DNA of 64,000 nt from Nanobdellota archaeon. GTDB lineage: Archaea; Nanobdellota; Nanobdellia; SCGC-AAA011-G17; JAFCDX01. Shown here piece after piece: positions 9,731-18,541 of this stretch; position 1 is the first letter of the stretch, and every line of letters starts with the position of its first letter. The position numbers and the translations under genes are program-made. Under the pieces are notes generated by a model that was not told where the DNA came from, did no database searches, and saw only the letters and a list, made by a program, of their open reading frames with translations. The stretch is taken from positions 58,584 to 122,583 of the forward strand of contig JBFMDT010000001.1 in assembly GCA_040753775.1 (NCBI GenBank). Direction: 5' to 3'.

Positions 9731-9817
9731 GTGGGGGAAGACAGGACTGAGTGGAAAGGTACAGTAAAGAAGGGTTCTATACAAAGGGCAATGAAGATGA
9801 TATTGGATTTGGAAAGG

Positions 9818-9929
9818 GGGACAGCTAACCATGCTTTCCGCTGTAATGCAGTACAACATGGAACGGAGGCTTGCTTAACTTCCAGGTTCGAAATGTTTCT
9901 GGGTGGTTCCAAGCCCCTCTGGCCGTCCT
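9818..9929 (-). rRNA. rrf: 5S rRNA (stand-alone)
   Basis: Minus strand reads AGGACGGCCAGAG...CATTTCGAACCTGGAAGTTAAG...GCTGTCCC; helix I closes; TATA-like CTTATTAA just upstream. Confidence 0.88.
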
Positions 9930-9982
9930 GACGTCCATACGCACTTCAGGGTTAATAAGCTTTATGGTTGTGTCAGTACTCC

Positions 9983-10914
9983 TGTGATGTCCTGTAATTA
10001 GTTCACACTTATATACTATTCTATATAGTCTTCTTGAGGTGATGTTTTATGTTAAACTTTAAGAAGAAGGTATGGATAGTAAAGCAGAAAGATAAAGGAA
10101 TATTAACAGATTCTGAGATTGCTTCTGCTCAGGATGTTACAAGAAGAGCTGTACAGAAGATATATTCTATTTATAGATTAAATGGATTACAATCCCTAAA
10201 TGATAAGCCTAAAGGAAGAAGGATAGATGATATACTTTATAATCTACAACAAGAGATACTTAAGCTAAGGAAAGAGCAATACGGAGTGCATAAGATAGAA
10301 GGGTTATTAAAAAATAAGGAATTAATTATTTCCCATAACAAGATACATAGATTCCTTAAGTCTAAAGGATTAGTTAAGTTAGAGCCTAAGAAAGGAAGAA
10401 GATACAAGTATATAGATTGGGAAAGAAAACACTCTAATAGCCTCTGGCAGACTGATTATTGCTGGATTCCAAGGTATCATAAATGGATGATAGCATACGT
10501 AGATGATCATTCAAGATTATGCACTGGAGCTAGTTATACTAACGAAGCTACTACAGAAACAGCTATTAACTTGTTAGATAAAGCAATAAACAAATGGAAT
10601 AAGCCAAGAGAAGTGTTAAGTGATAGAGGATCTCAATTCTATGCTGCAAAAGGAGAGAGTTCTTATTATAAGGAGTATCTAAATAGCTTAGGGATTAAGC
10701 TAATCTATTCTTCTATTAAGAAGCCTACTACTACAGGAAAGATAGAGAGATTCTGGCTAACCCATAATACAGAGAGGTGGAGATTTAGTTCTCTAGAGAA
10801 GTTCATTAATTATTACAACTATAAGAGACTCCATATGAGCTTGGATTATCTAACACCTTATGAGGTTTACATAAGAGATTTACCTAATGTGAGAACCTAT
10901 TAGGAGACATCACA
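9983..10914 (+). mobile_element. IS481-family-like insertion sequence
   Basis: Imperfect TIRs TGTGATGTCCTGTAATTAGTTC and (reverse complement) TGTGATGTCTCCTAATAGGTTC; TGT...ACA ends; single transposase. Confidence 0.88.
10049..10903 (+). CDS. DDE transposase (HTH + rve)
   Basis: WQTD, SDRGSQF and GKIERF catalytic triad. Confidence 0.93.
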   Translation: MLNFKKKVWIVKQKDKGILTDSEIASAQDVTRRAVQKIYSIYRLNGLQSLNDKPKGRRIDDILYNLQQEILKLRKEQYGVHKIEGLLKNKELIISHNKIHRFLKSKGLVKLEPKKGRRYKYIDWERKHSNSLWQTDYCWIPRYHKWMIAYVDDHSRLCTGASYTNEATTETAINLLDKAINKWNKPREVLSDRGSQFYAAKGESSYYKEYLNSLGIKLIYSSIKKPTTTGKIERFWLTHNTERWRFSSLEKFINYYNYKRLHMSLDYLTPYEVYIRDLPNVRTY

Positions 10915-10974
10915 CTACAAAAAATAAACCGAAACCTTTATATATAAGTTACTACCTATTAATGACTAACAAAA

Positions 10975-12159
10975 ATGAAAAAAATAGCACTATTAATACT
11001 AGCACTTTCCTTAGTTATTGGAATAGCTAACGCTGCTCCTCCGCAAATAGACTCATTCAACCCAACAAGCCCAATAATTGTTGATGAAGGAACAATCACA
11101 CCAGTTTCTATTTATTTTTCAGACCCCGATGGAGACCCATTAACTGTCTCTATCTACTATGATGGGGAGCTGGTAGATCCAACTGCAAGTAATATTACTA
11201 TAACTCCAAACTATGCTAAAGGAGACTTTTATCCTGACTCTTCTGCAATAGGAAATCATAATATAAAAGTAACCGTATCAGATGGGACTTCAGAAGTTTT
11301 TCAAGAATGGGATGTAACTGTCAATGATGTAAATATTGCCCCAAAAATAACTTTTCCTAGCCAAGATAGTAAAATGAAGTTTTTTGAGGATTTTAACAGT
11401 GGATTATTTGCTATTTCGGCAGTTGATGCTGATGGAGACCCTATAACCTATTCAGCAAGCAATTTACCATCAGGAGCCACTTTTGATCCTTTAACACACA
11501 TGTTGTTATGGACTCCAACAGCTGGCCAAAGGGGAGAATATCAAATAACCTTAACTGCATCTGATGGAGCACTAAGCTCGTCTATAGACTTAATTTTAGT
11601 AGTCAATAGGCCGCCAGTAATAGAAAATTTCGACCCTTCTAGCGAATTAACAATAAGTGAGGGAGATTCTCTTACATTATCGCAAGATGTCACTGATGCT
11701 GATGGAGACCAAATAATGTACAGCTGGATACTAGATGGCACTCCTGTATCAGATAGAAATTATTATACATATTCTCCTGATTACAACAGCCAGGGAAATC
11801 ATGTTCTTGAATTTATAGCAACAGATGGAAAGTTAAGTACAAATAAAATATGGACAGTTATTGTTAATGATGTTAATCCGCCATCAGGAGGTGGGGGAGG
11901 CGGAAGCAGCAATGTTGAATCAAGCGCAGGAATGATTGTTATTGCACCAGAAACACCATCATCAATGCCTTTATCAGAACAACCAGTAGAAGAAACAAAG
12001 AATAAAGCAAGCGCTCCTCAAACTGTACAAGAACAATCCCCTATTACAGGCTTTGCTATATTAACAAATGCCATTTCAAATAATCCAATAATATCTGTAT
12101 TGGTCTTGATATTGATAATTGCATTAATAACAGGTATCTATTGGTACAAGAAGCATTAG
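10975..12159 (+). CDS. Surface protein with Ig/cadherin-like repeats, poly-Gly linker and C-terminal TM
   Basis: Signal peptide; DxDGD and SDG repeats; SGGGGGGS; ITGFA before the TM. Confidence 0.85.
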   Translation: MKKIALLILALSLVIGIANAAPPQIDSFNPTSPIIVDEGTITPVSIYFSDPDGDPLTVSIYYDGELVDPTASNITITPNYAKGDFYPDSSAIGNHNIKVTVSDGTSEVFQEWDVTVNDVNIAPKITFPSQDSKMKFFEDFNSGLFAISAVDADGDPITYSASNLPSGATFDPLTHMLLWTPTAGQRGEYQITLTASDGALSSSIDLILVVNRPPVIENFDPSSELTISEGDSLTLSQDVTDADGDQIMYSWILDGTPVSDRNYYTYSPDYNSQGNHVLEFIATDGKLSTNKIWTVIVNDVNPPSGGGGGGSSNVESSAGMIVIAPETPSSMPLSEQPVEETKNKASAPQTVQEQSPITGFAILTNAISNNPIISVLVLILIIALITGIYWYKKH

Positions 12160-12488
12160 AGTTTTGTTTTGATGTTCTGTATTTCTATCAGCTCAGGCTT
12201 GCATTTGTCTATTAAAGGCAATAATTCATCTGCAAGCTCTCCGCTTTCTTCTGCTTGATGGTCAAACTCAAGAAATTCCTTTAATGTATACCTCACCTGT
12301 AATTTGTTCAAAATGCAGCTGCAATACTTGTCTGCTGTTTCTTTTGAGGGTCCGTATATTGTTCCAAATGCCCCAATCCTGCAGTTATTCATGAAATTAT
12401 TAACAACATCTCCCGGATATTCATTCTTTTTGTTGCAAGCGCTATATAAAAGAATAAATGATGCAACAATATTGATAAGCTGTTTCAT
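12156..12488 (-). CDS. Hypothetical lipoprotein
   Basis: LLYSAC lipobox-like motif; Cys pattern. Confidence 0.6.
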   Translation of the reverse strand: MKQLINIVASFILLYSACNKKNEYPGDVVNNFMNNCRIGAFGTIYGPSKETADKYCSCILNKLQVRYTLKEFLEFDHQAEESGELADELLPLIDKCKPELIEIQNIKTKL

Positions 12489-12572
12489 TATGTAACGCTA
12501 TTAACATACCTATTTAAATCTTTAGGAAAAATAATCAAAAATCTTAAATATTAGCTAATCTTATTAAAAACA

Positions 12573-13268
12573 ATGAAATATCCAAAATTATTGATTATAT
12601 TGCTTCTTATTCCTTTAGTCTTATTTATAGCAGCATGTGAACAAGCACAGCAAAAACAGCAGGAAGAAAAAGTAGTTAATACATGCGATGATAATAACCC
12701 ATGCACAGATGACGTATTTAATGAAAAGACCATGCAGTGCGAGCACAACAAGCTTTCAAAATGCTGCGGCAACAGGATATGCGAAGAGGGTGAGCGCTGC
12801 AATCCAGAAGTAGGTTATACAATATGTTCATCTGACTGTCCTTTAGAATGCCCTGCAAAAGCTACCGTATCAAAATTCAGCTGTGCAACGTCAAAATGCC
12901 AGCAAACATCTGAAAATACCTTTACTATAACTGACTCAAGCGTGATTGAAGCTGACTTGGAAAACATAGGCGAGCGCGGGACTGACTTAATAACATCAAG
13001 GTTCAAGTGCGGCAAAGGTGAAACAGATTTGGTTAGCCATGACAAGGATAATTTGTTTGGAATAAGCTTCAGGGACTACTTCAATAATAACGAAGATACT
13101 ATTTATTTAAGCGGCCGTCAATCAGAAACAGGCGGAAACAAAGCTAAGTACAAGTTTGCATTTGACATAACAAAATTGGAAAAAGCAACAGACCTTGATT
13201 GTGAAATAAGCCTGCAGGCAATACCAGCATTAAACAATATACAAACAGTACACTTGTCCTTTAAATAA
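12573..13268 (+). CDS. Cys-rich surface lipoprotein
   Basis: IAAC lipobox; CDDNNPCTDD and CGNRICE..E repeats. Confidence 0.75.
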   Translation: MKYPKLLIILLLIPLVLFIAACEQAQQKQQEEKVVNTCDDNNPCTDDVFNEKTMQCEHNKLSKCCGNRICEEGERCNPEVGYTICSSDCPLECPAKATVSKFSCATSKCQQTSENTFTITDSSVIEADLENIGERGTDLITSRFKCGKGETDLVSHDKDNLFGISFRDYFNNNEDTIYLSGRQSETGGNKAKYKFAFDITKLEKATDLDCEISLQAIPALNNIQTVHLSFK

Positions 13269-13599
13269 TTTTTAATTTTCCAGTTATCTTATCTATCTTT
13301 TCTCCTTCATCAGGGCCGATAGCAAGGCAAGTTACAGTTCCTGGTTCTACCTCAGTCCTTCCAGAATCTCTTATCAAAGCTGTGATTAACCCAGAATCAT
13401 CTGCCATTCCTTTATATTTGAGCAGTTCATCTAGGTCCTTGACTTTTAGAATAACCTTCTTCATCCCATCTTTTCTCCATTTTTCAATAATTCTTTTGTC
13501 AGACTTAAGAACGCCTTCAACAGAAGCATGGCTTACTTGACTTGACATCTTTCCCCTGCTTAATTTTAAATCGCTTCTAACCAAAATAACCTGCTTCAT
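13261..13599 (-). CDS. pth2: Peptidyl-tRNA hydrolase 2
   Basis: QVILVRSDL, GK..Q..HA, DSGRTE, T.LAIGP. Confidence 0.95.
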   Translation of the reverse strand: MKQVILVRSDLKLSRGKMSSQVSHASVEGVLKSDKRIIEKWRKDGMKKVILKVKDLDELLKYKGMADDSGLITALIRDSGRTEVEPGTVTCLAIGPDEGEKIDKITGKLKII

Positions 13600-13649
13600 A
13601 AATTAAAATAAAATTTTAAACTTATAAATGTTTCCAAAAAAAGAAAAAG

Positions 13650-13728
13650 TAATGCGCTAGGCTTAGATTGATTCCGAAGAACCAAGGTAATACCGAAGTA
13701 TAACCTGTATCTAAGTTGCCTGCACTAA
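13650..13728 (-). ncRNA. Candidate ~80-nt sRNA: three-way junction with two cUUCGg hairpins
   Basis: Hand-folded; own TATA (13754-13761) and oligo-T tract (13636-13649). Confidence 0.7.
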
Positions 13729-13773
13729 TAACAATTTAATAAAGCAACAATCGTATTTAAAGCTTATGGTTGC

Positions 13774-14421
13774 TTATCTTGACTTAACAACGCCAACTCT
13801 TTTGCAGTATTTTACCACAGGGCATTTGGAGCAGAACGGATTCATAGGAACACATATATTTTTCCCATGCAAGATGAACAACCCGTTAAGCTCTCTCCAA
13901 TATTTCTTAGGAATAATTTTAATTAATTCCCTTTCAGTCTGCTCTGCATTTTTAGTTCTAACCCAGCCTAGTCTGTTAACTATTCTATGGACATTAACAT
14001 CAACAGGTATAACATCTTTCCTATAAGCAAAGCATAAAACAATATTAGCCGTCTTTCTTCCTATACCCTTAATGCTTAACAGCTCCTTTTCAGTATCAGG
14101 AACCCCCCCATTATATTTTTCAAGAATAACATTGGCAACATGCTTGATAGTCCTTGCCTTATTTTTATAATATCCAGAGCTATAAACTATTTTTTCTAAT
14201 CTTTTAACATCCATTCTTGCTATTTTCTCGGGCGTGTCTGCAATCTTGAAAAGCTCTCTTGAAATCCTCTCTGTTGTTTCATCCCTTGTCCTTAGGGAAA
14301 TCAGGCAGGAAATAAGAATCTTAAACGCATTTGGCCTTTCCCTCATTCTATTCAAGGTTGTTCTTCTTTCTTTTTTGTAATAACCTTCTAAAGTAGTTAT
14401 AACCCCGGCTAAATTGTTCAT
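13774..14421 (-). CDS. nth: Endonuclease III
   Basis: HhH GIGRKTAN, VD..V.R and C-x6-C-x2-C-x5-C. Confidence 0.95.
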   Translation of the reverse strand: MNNLAGVITTLEGYYKKERRTTLNRMRERPNAFKILISCLISLRTRDETTERISRELFKIADTPEKIARMDVKRLEKIVYSSGYYKNKARTIKHVANVILEKYNGGVPDTEKELLSIKGIGRKTANIVLCFAYRKDVIPVDVNVHRIVNRLGWVRTKNAEQTERELIKIIPKKYWRELNGLFILHGKNICVPMNPFCSKCPVVKYCKRVGVVKSR

Positions 14422-14451
14422 ATTCTAATAAATCCAAGATGTCTTATAAAT

Positions 14452-15036
14452 TTATTCCTTGTCAAACCTCTTGGTGACAACATCCCAGTCAATAACACCA
14501 AAAAAATTCTCAATATAATCTGCCTTTTTTATGCCGTAATCAGTCATGTATGCGTGCTCAAAAACATCCATTACTAAAATTAGAATCCCTCCAGAAAGAT
14601 GCCCAACGTCATGTTCATTAATCCAAACATTAAATAGTCTATTTGCCTTTTTATCATAATATAATATAACCCATCCAATCCCCCTCATTGCAGCCATTGC
14701 TTTAAACTCTTTTTCCCAGTTCTCGTAGCTTCCAAAATCCTCTATAATCTTCTTAAATAATTTTGAATTCTTATTAAGTTTTTTATTGCTTTTGCAAAGA
14801 TTTCCAAAGTAATATTCATGTAGCTTCATTCCATTAAATTCCCAGCCAAACCTGCGTTTTAGTTCAGCAAATTCCAGAATAGTTGTTTTCCCCTCTTTAA
14901 GCATTGCAGTTAAAGAATCTATTAATTTGTTTGTATTTGTAACATATCCTTGGTAAAGGGCAAAATGATTTCTTAAAAGCTGCTCACTAAATCCCTTTAT
15001 TCCTATTAAATTCTCAAAATTTTTTAGTTCATACAT
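14452..15036 (-). CDS. sod: Fe/Mn superoxide dismutase
   Basis: H, LHEYYF and DVFEHAY ligands. Confidence 0.9.
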   Translation of the reverse strand: MYELKNFENLIGIKGFSEQLLRNHFALYQGYVTNTNKLIDSLTAMLKEGKTTILEFAELKRRFGWEFNGMKLHEYYFGNLCKSNKKLNKNSKLFKKIIEDFGSYENWEKEFKAMAAMRGIGWVILYYDKKANRLFNVWINEHDVGHLSGGILILVMDVFEHAYMTDYGIKKADYIENFFGVIDWDVVTKRFDKE

Positions 15037-15037
15037 T

Positions 15038-15601
15038 CTAAATCCTTCCTACTAAATTTAGTCCAGGTTTTAAAGTTTTCTTTCCAGGCTCCCAGCTTGC
15101 AGGGCATACTAATCCCTTGTTTTCCTTTACAAACTTAGCTGCCCGAAGTTTTCTCAAGAGTTCTCTGGCATTTCTTCCAATGCTATTATCATGAATCTCA
15201 AAAGCCTTTAATATTCCATCTGGATCTATAATAAAGCTTCCTCTAAGAGAAATGCCTTCATTTTCAATATAAGTTCCGAATTCCCTGCAAAGTTTCCCAG
15301 TCGGATCTGCTACCATTGGGAATCTTATTTTTTTTATGGCCTTTGAATTATCATGCCATGCCTTGTGTACAAAAGTAGTATCTGTGCTGATGCTTAATAT
15401 CTCTGCATTTAATTTTTTGAATTCATCATAAAAGTCAGCTGCTTCTTCAAGTTCTGTAGGGCAAATAAACGTAAAATCAGCAGGATAAAACATTAAAATC
15501 AGCCATTTGCCTTTGTAGTCCGAAAGCCTGATCTTTTTTATACAATTTTCATAAAAGGCTTCTATTTCAAAATCAGGAATTTTCTCTCCTACTTTTACCA
15601 T
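15038..15601 (-). CDS. ahpC: 2-Cys peroxiredoxin
   Basis: FYPADFTFICPTE and VCPASW. Confidence 0.95.
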   Translation of the reverse strand: MVKVGEKIPDFEIEAFYENCIKKIRLSDYKGKWLILMFYPADFTFICPTELEEAADFYDEFKKLNAEILSISTDTTFVHKAWHDNSKAIKKIRFPMVADPTGKLCREFGTYIENEGISLRGSFIIDPDGILKAFEIHDNSIGRNARELLRKLRAAKFVKENKGLVCPASWEPGKKTLKPGLNLVGRI

Positions 15602-15636
15602 TTCAGATCTCTAGCACTTTCTTCTTTTTCTTTTTT

Positions 15637-16014
15637 TCATTTTTCCAGGCATTTTTCACATAAACCATTAAAATTAACAACAGCATTGTCCACCCTTACG
15701 CCTTTATAGTTATCTTTTACATCCTCCACAAACCTTTTAGGAAGCCTTGCCATTAAATCTAGTATCCTGCCACACTTGCTGCACATGAAATGGTGATGCT
15801 CTGTTAAATCCCCATCAAAATGAGCTTTTTCAGCGGTATCTATCTCTAAAATCAACCCATTTTTCTTCAATATCTGCAAATTCCTATAAACAGTCCCTGG
15901 GCTTATCCTGCTTAGCTTTTTCCTTACTTCTTTGTATACATCTTCTGCAGTAGGGTGGCTCTTTACGCTCTTAACATAATTTAGTATTTCTTGCCTCTGG
16001 CTTGTCATTTTCAT
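15637..16014 (-). CDS. Fur/PerR-family regulator
   Basis: HPTAEDVY, TVYRNL, HHHF.CSKC and CEKC. Confidence 0.92.
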   Translation of the reverse strand: MKMTSQRQEILNYVKSVKSHPTAEDVYKEVRKKLSRISPGTVYRNLQILKKNGLILEIDTAEKAHFDGDLTEHHHFMCSKCGRILDLMARLPKRFVEDVKDNYKGVRVDNAVVNFNGLCEKCLEK

Positions 16015-16015
16015 T

Positions 16016-16038
16016 TTGATAACTATTCCTAATTAAGA
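16016..16038 (-). promoter_or_regulatory. Fur/Per-box-like operator
   Basis: TTAGGAATAGTTATCAA immediately before the start codon; resembles the 7-1-7 Fur consensus. Confidence 0.4.
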
Positions 16039-16065
16039 ATAACTTCTATTTAAACTTTTCCTTTT

Positions 16066-16914
16066 CTATTTTAAGTGGAATTCAACCACGTCCCCCTCAT
16101 CCAAAATATGGTTAAGCTTTACCATCTGCCCATCAAATTTTGCACTTTTGCCCCATACCTTTGCATAATTAAACTTGTTCAAAAAATCCTTGTGAATGTG
16201 CATTGCTAAATCCTTTACAGTTGCATTTATCCTAAGGGCAACAGGTGGAAAATCAGGCTTCTTGCCAGGTTGCTTTGTATATACATAAATAAGCCTCAAG
16301 GATTTCCATATGATATTTTTTAAGTTTTCTGTCTCTTCATTTCCATCATAATAAACAATAGGAAGCTCTATGTTGTTTTTGTAAAGCTCCTTCAGCACCA
16401 TTCCTCTATCATCCTCATTCCTGTAGGTTAAAATAATTAAATCAGACTCTTTTATTATGCTCAAGAAATACCCGCCTCTTTCCTTGTAATAAAAGTTCTC
16501 AACCACAGCAGGGATCTCTATAATCTGTATCTTTATTCCCTTGTAGTCCATCATCCCTACTTCAAGCTCTTTTGTGGTAAACTCATGCTCTGCTATTTTT
16601 GGCCTGGCGTTTGTGAGCTTGCTTAGCAACAAGGACTTTCCAGACATTGTAACGCCAATGATAGTAATCCTTGCTGCCCCCTCCTTCTTAATACCAACCT
16701 GCTTTGTACCCTTTTTCTTTGTTTTTTGCTTTTCTAGTTGTTCTTTTAGCTTTGCTATCTTCTGTTTTATATCAAGCCTTAAAGTCTCAGCACCCTTATG
16801 GCTTGGCGCTTTTGAGAGCATTTCTTCTAATGCCAAGATTTTTTCCTCTATTGTTTTTGCCTGCATATATTTTTTCTGCACATTTGTAAATTCAACAGTT
16901 ACATTCGCTGGCAT
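16066..16914 (-). CDS. DRG/OBG-like GTPase with TGS domain (degenerate G motifs)
   Basis: MPAN start, P.HKG.E, FTT, WGKSAKFDGQ. Confidence 0.85.
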   Translation of the reverse strand: MPANVTVEFTNVQKKYMQAKTIEEKILALEEMLSKAPSHKGAETLRLDIKQKIAKLKEQLEKQKTKKKGTKQVGIKKEGAARITIIGVTMSGKSLLLSKLTNARPKIAEHEFTTKELEVGMMDYKGIKIQIIEIPAVVENFYYKERGGYFLSIIKESDLIILTYRNEDDRGMVLKELYKNNIELPIVYYDGNEETENLKNIIWKSLRLIYVYTKQPGKKPDFPPVALRINATVKDLAMHIHKDFLNKFNYAKVWGKSAKFDGQMVKLNHILDEGDVVEFHLK

Positions 16915-16959
16915 ATCAATTACAAGACAACTTCATTTTTAAGTATTTTCTTTTTCAGA

Positions 16960-17092
16960 TTTTCCTAAAAAGGCTCTTATTTATTTTTCGCGAACCTTTT
17001 TCCTAAAAAGGCTCTTATTTATTTTTCGCGAACCTTTTTCCTAAAAAGGCTCTTATTTATTTTTCGCGAACCTTTTTCCTAAAAAGGCTCTT
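16960..17092. repeat. 38-bp tandem repeat, about 3.5 copies, with CCTTTTT-CCT-AAAAAGG hairpin and TTCGCGAA palindrome
   Basis: CCTAAAAAGG starts at 16964, 17002, 17040 and 17078. Confidence 0.95.
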
Positions 17093-17129
17093 TCATAATC
17101 TTTTTAAATACATTTTTCATAACAAAAGC

Positions 17130-17672
17130 ATGGCATTAAGCTTATTCAACAACATAATCACAGAAACAATAGTCAACCTAATGGCATCCATTCTCATCCT
17201 TCTTATAGGTCTTATCATAGGAAGGTTTGCTGGAAAGCTCATCAAAAAGGTTCTTTCCGAGCTCAATGTCAATGTAATACTAAAAAAGGAATCTAGAATT
17301 AAAATACCCTTCGAGGAATTTATAAGCATGTTGGTAAAATATATAATCTACTTTATTGCCTTGATTATTGCTTTAAACCAGCTTGGCCTAACAACAATAG
17401 TCTTTTATATAACCCTTACTGTAATCTTCATTTTAATAGGCATATTTATTATACTGGCTGTAAAGGATTTTATCCCAAACATAGTTGCTGGTTTAATGCT
17501 GCATCAAAAAGATTCTATAAAGCTCGGTGATAAAATAAGGGTCAAGGGTGTTGAGGGAAAAATAGTTCACATAAGCCTAACTGAAACAAAAATAAAAACC
17601 AAAGATAATGACATAATATTTATTCCGAACATTGCAATGATAAAAAATGAGGTGGTAAAGTTAAGAAAATAA
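17130..17672 (+). CDS. Small MscS-family mechanosensitive channel
   Basis: TM helices; KDFIPNIVAG, LGDKI and IPN. Confidence 0.85.
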   Translation: MALSLFNNIITETIVNLMASILILLIGLIIGRFAGKLIKKVLSELNVNVILKKESRIKIPFEEFISMLVKYIIYFIALIIALNQLGLTTIVFYITLTVIFILIGIFIILAVKDFIPNIVAGLMLHQKDSIKLGDKIRVKGVEGKIVHISLTETKIKTKDNDIIFIPNIAMIKNEVVKLRK

Positions 17673-17673
17673 G

Positions 17674-18273
17674 TTATTCAACAACAAAATCTTCTATCTT
17701 ATACTTAAATTCCTTGTCTGATTTTATAAGCTTCCTGTTGACAAGGTAGCTTTTTGTAAGTATCCAGAATATTAAGCCCAAGCTGTTTCTCCCCTTGTTA
17801 TTGCATGGTACAACAAGGTCAACATACTTTGCATCATTATTTGTATCGCATAGCGCAATAACAGGAACGGAATTCTTGTACGAATCAATGACAGCATTCT
17901 TGTCAGGCCCTGGGTCTACAACAAGAATAAGCCTTGCTTCCATAAAATTATCAAGCTCGACATTGGTCATTATGCCTGCAGGATACTTTCCAGTTACAAC
18001 TCTTATCCCGGTAAGCTTGCCCATAAGGTTTGCAGCATGCCATCCATTCTCTCTTCTGCATATAATGAGAATGTCCTCGGGCTTGTATTGGCTTAAAAAT
18101 TTGGAAGCTATGCCTATTCTTCTGTCAATATCTTGCACATTAAGCACGCTGAGCCCGTCATCCCTTATCTTATAGACAAAATGCTTCGTATCTTTTGTTC
18201 TGAACTTTGTTCCTATATGTATGCCTGCCTTTAGGTATTCATCTAAAGCTACTAATAACTTGTTTTCAGCCAT
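17674..18273 (-). CDS. rps2: 30S ribosomal protein uS2 (archaeal type)
   Basis: YLKAGIHIGT, IALCDTNN, VPCNNKG. Confidence 0.96.
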   Translation of the reverse strand: MAENKLLVALDEYLKAGIHIGTKFRTKDTKHFVYKIRDDGLSVLNVQDIDRRIGIASKFLSQYKPEDILIICRRENGWHAANLMGKLTGIRVVTGKYPAGIMTNVELDNFMEARLILVVDPGPDKNAVIDSYKNSVPVIALCDTNNDAKYVDLVVPCNNKGRNSLGLIFWILTKSYLVNRKLIKSDKEFKYKIEDFVVE

Positions 18274-18383
18274 AAGCAAAAAAGAAGTATAACACTATTT
18301 AAACATTTCGATAAATATTTTCTTTTCTAAAACGACAGATTTAAATATAAAAAGAATAATCATATTTTTGAGAGGTGATTAAA

Positions 18384-18539
18384 ATGACATTGTGGCCTTT
18401 TAAAACTACTAATTCTCAAAAATATGTATCTCTTGCAGTTTTGATTGGAGGTATATTACTGATATTTAGTTTAGAAAATTTATTAGTAGGAGCAATTTTA
18501 TCTTTAATAGGGTTAGTATACCTTCTAGATACAATATAA
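18384..18539 (+). CDS. 51-aa two-TM membrane protein (not in ORF track)
   Basis: MTLWPFKTTNSQKYVSLAVLIGG...; GAGGTGA SD; next ORF starts 3 nt after the stop. Confidence 0.65.
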   Translation: MTLWPFKTTNSQKYVSLAVLIGGILLIFSLENLLVGAILSLIGLVYLLDTI

Positions 18540-18541
18540 AA

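Noticed and set aside
9554..9931. ORFs 9554-9859, 9559-9912 and 9731-9931
   Set aside because: They overlap the 5S rRNA and repeat B and have no recognisable motifs.
13650..13728. Hammerhead ribozyme or SRP RNA identity for the sRNA
   Set aside because: No CUGANGA/GAAA core and no SRP helix-8 motif.
16960..17092. CRISPR array
   Set aside because: Units are identical end to end, with no unique spacers, and no cas genes are present.
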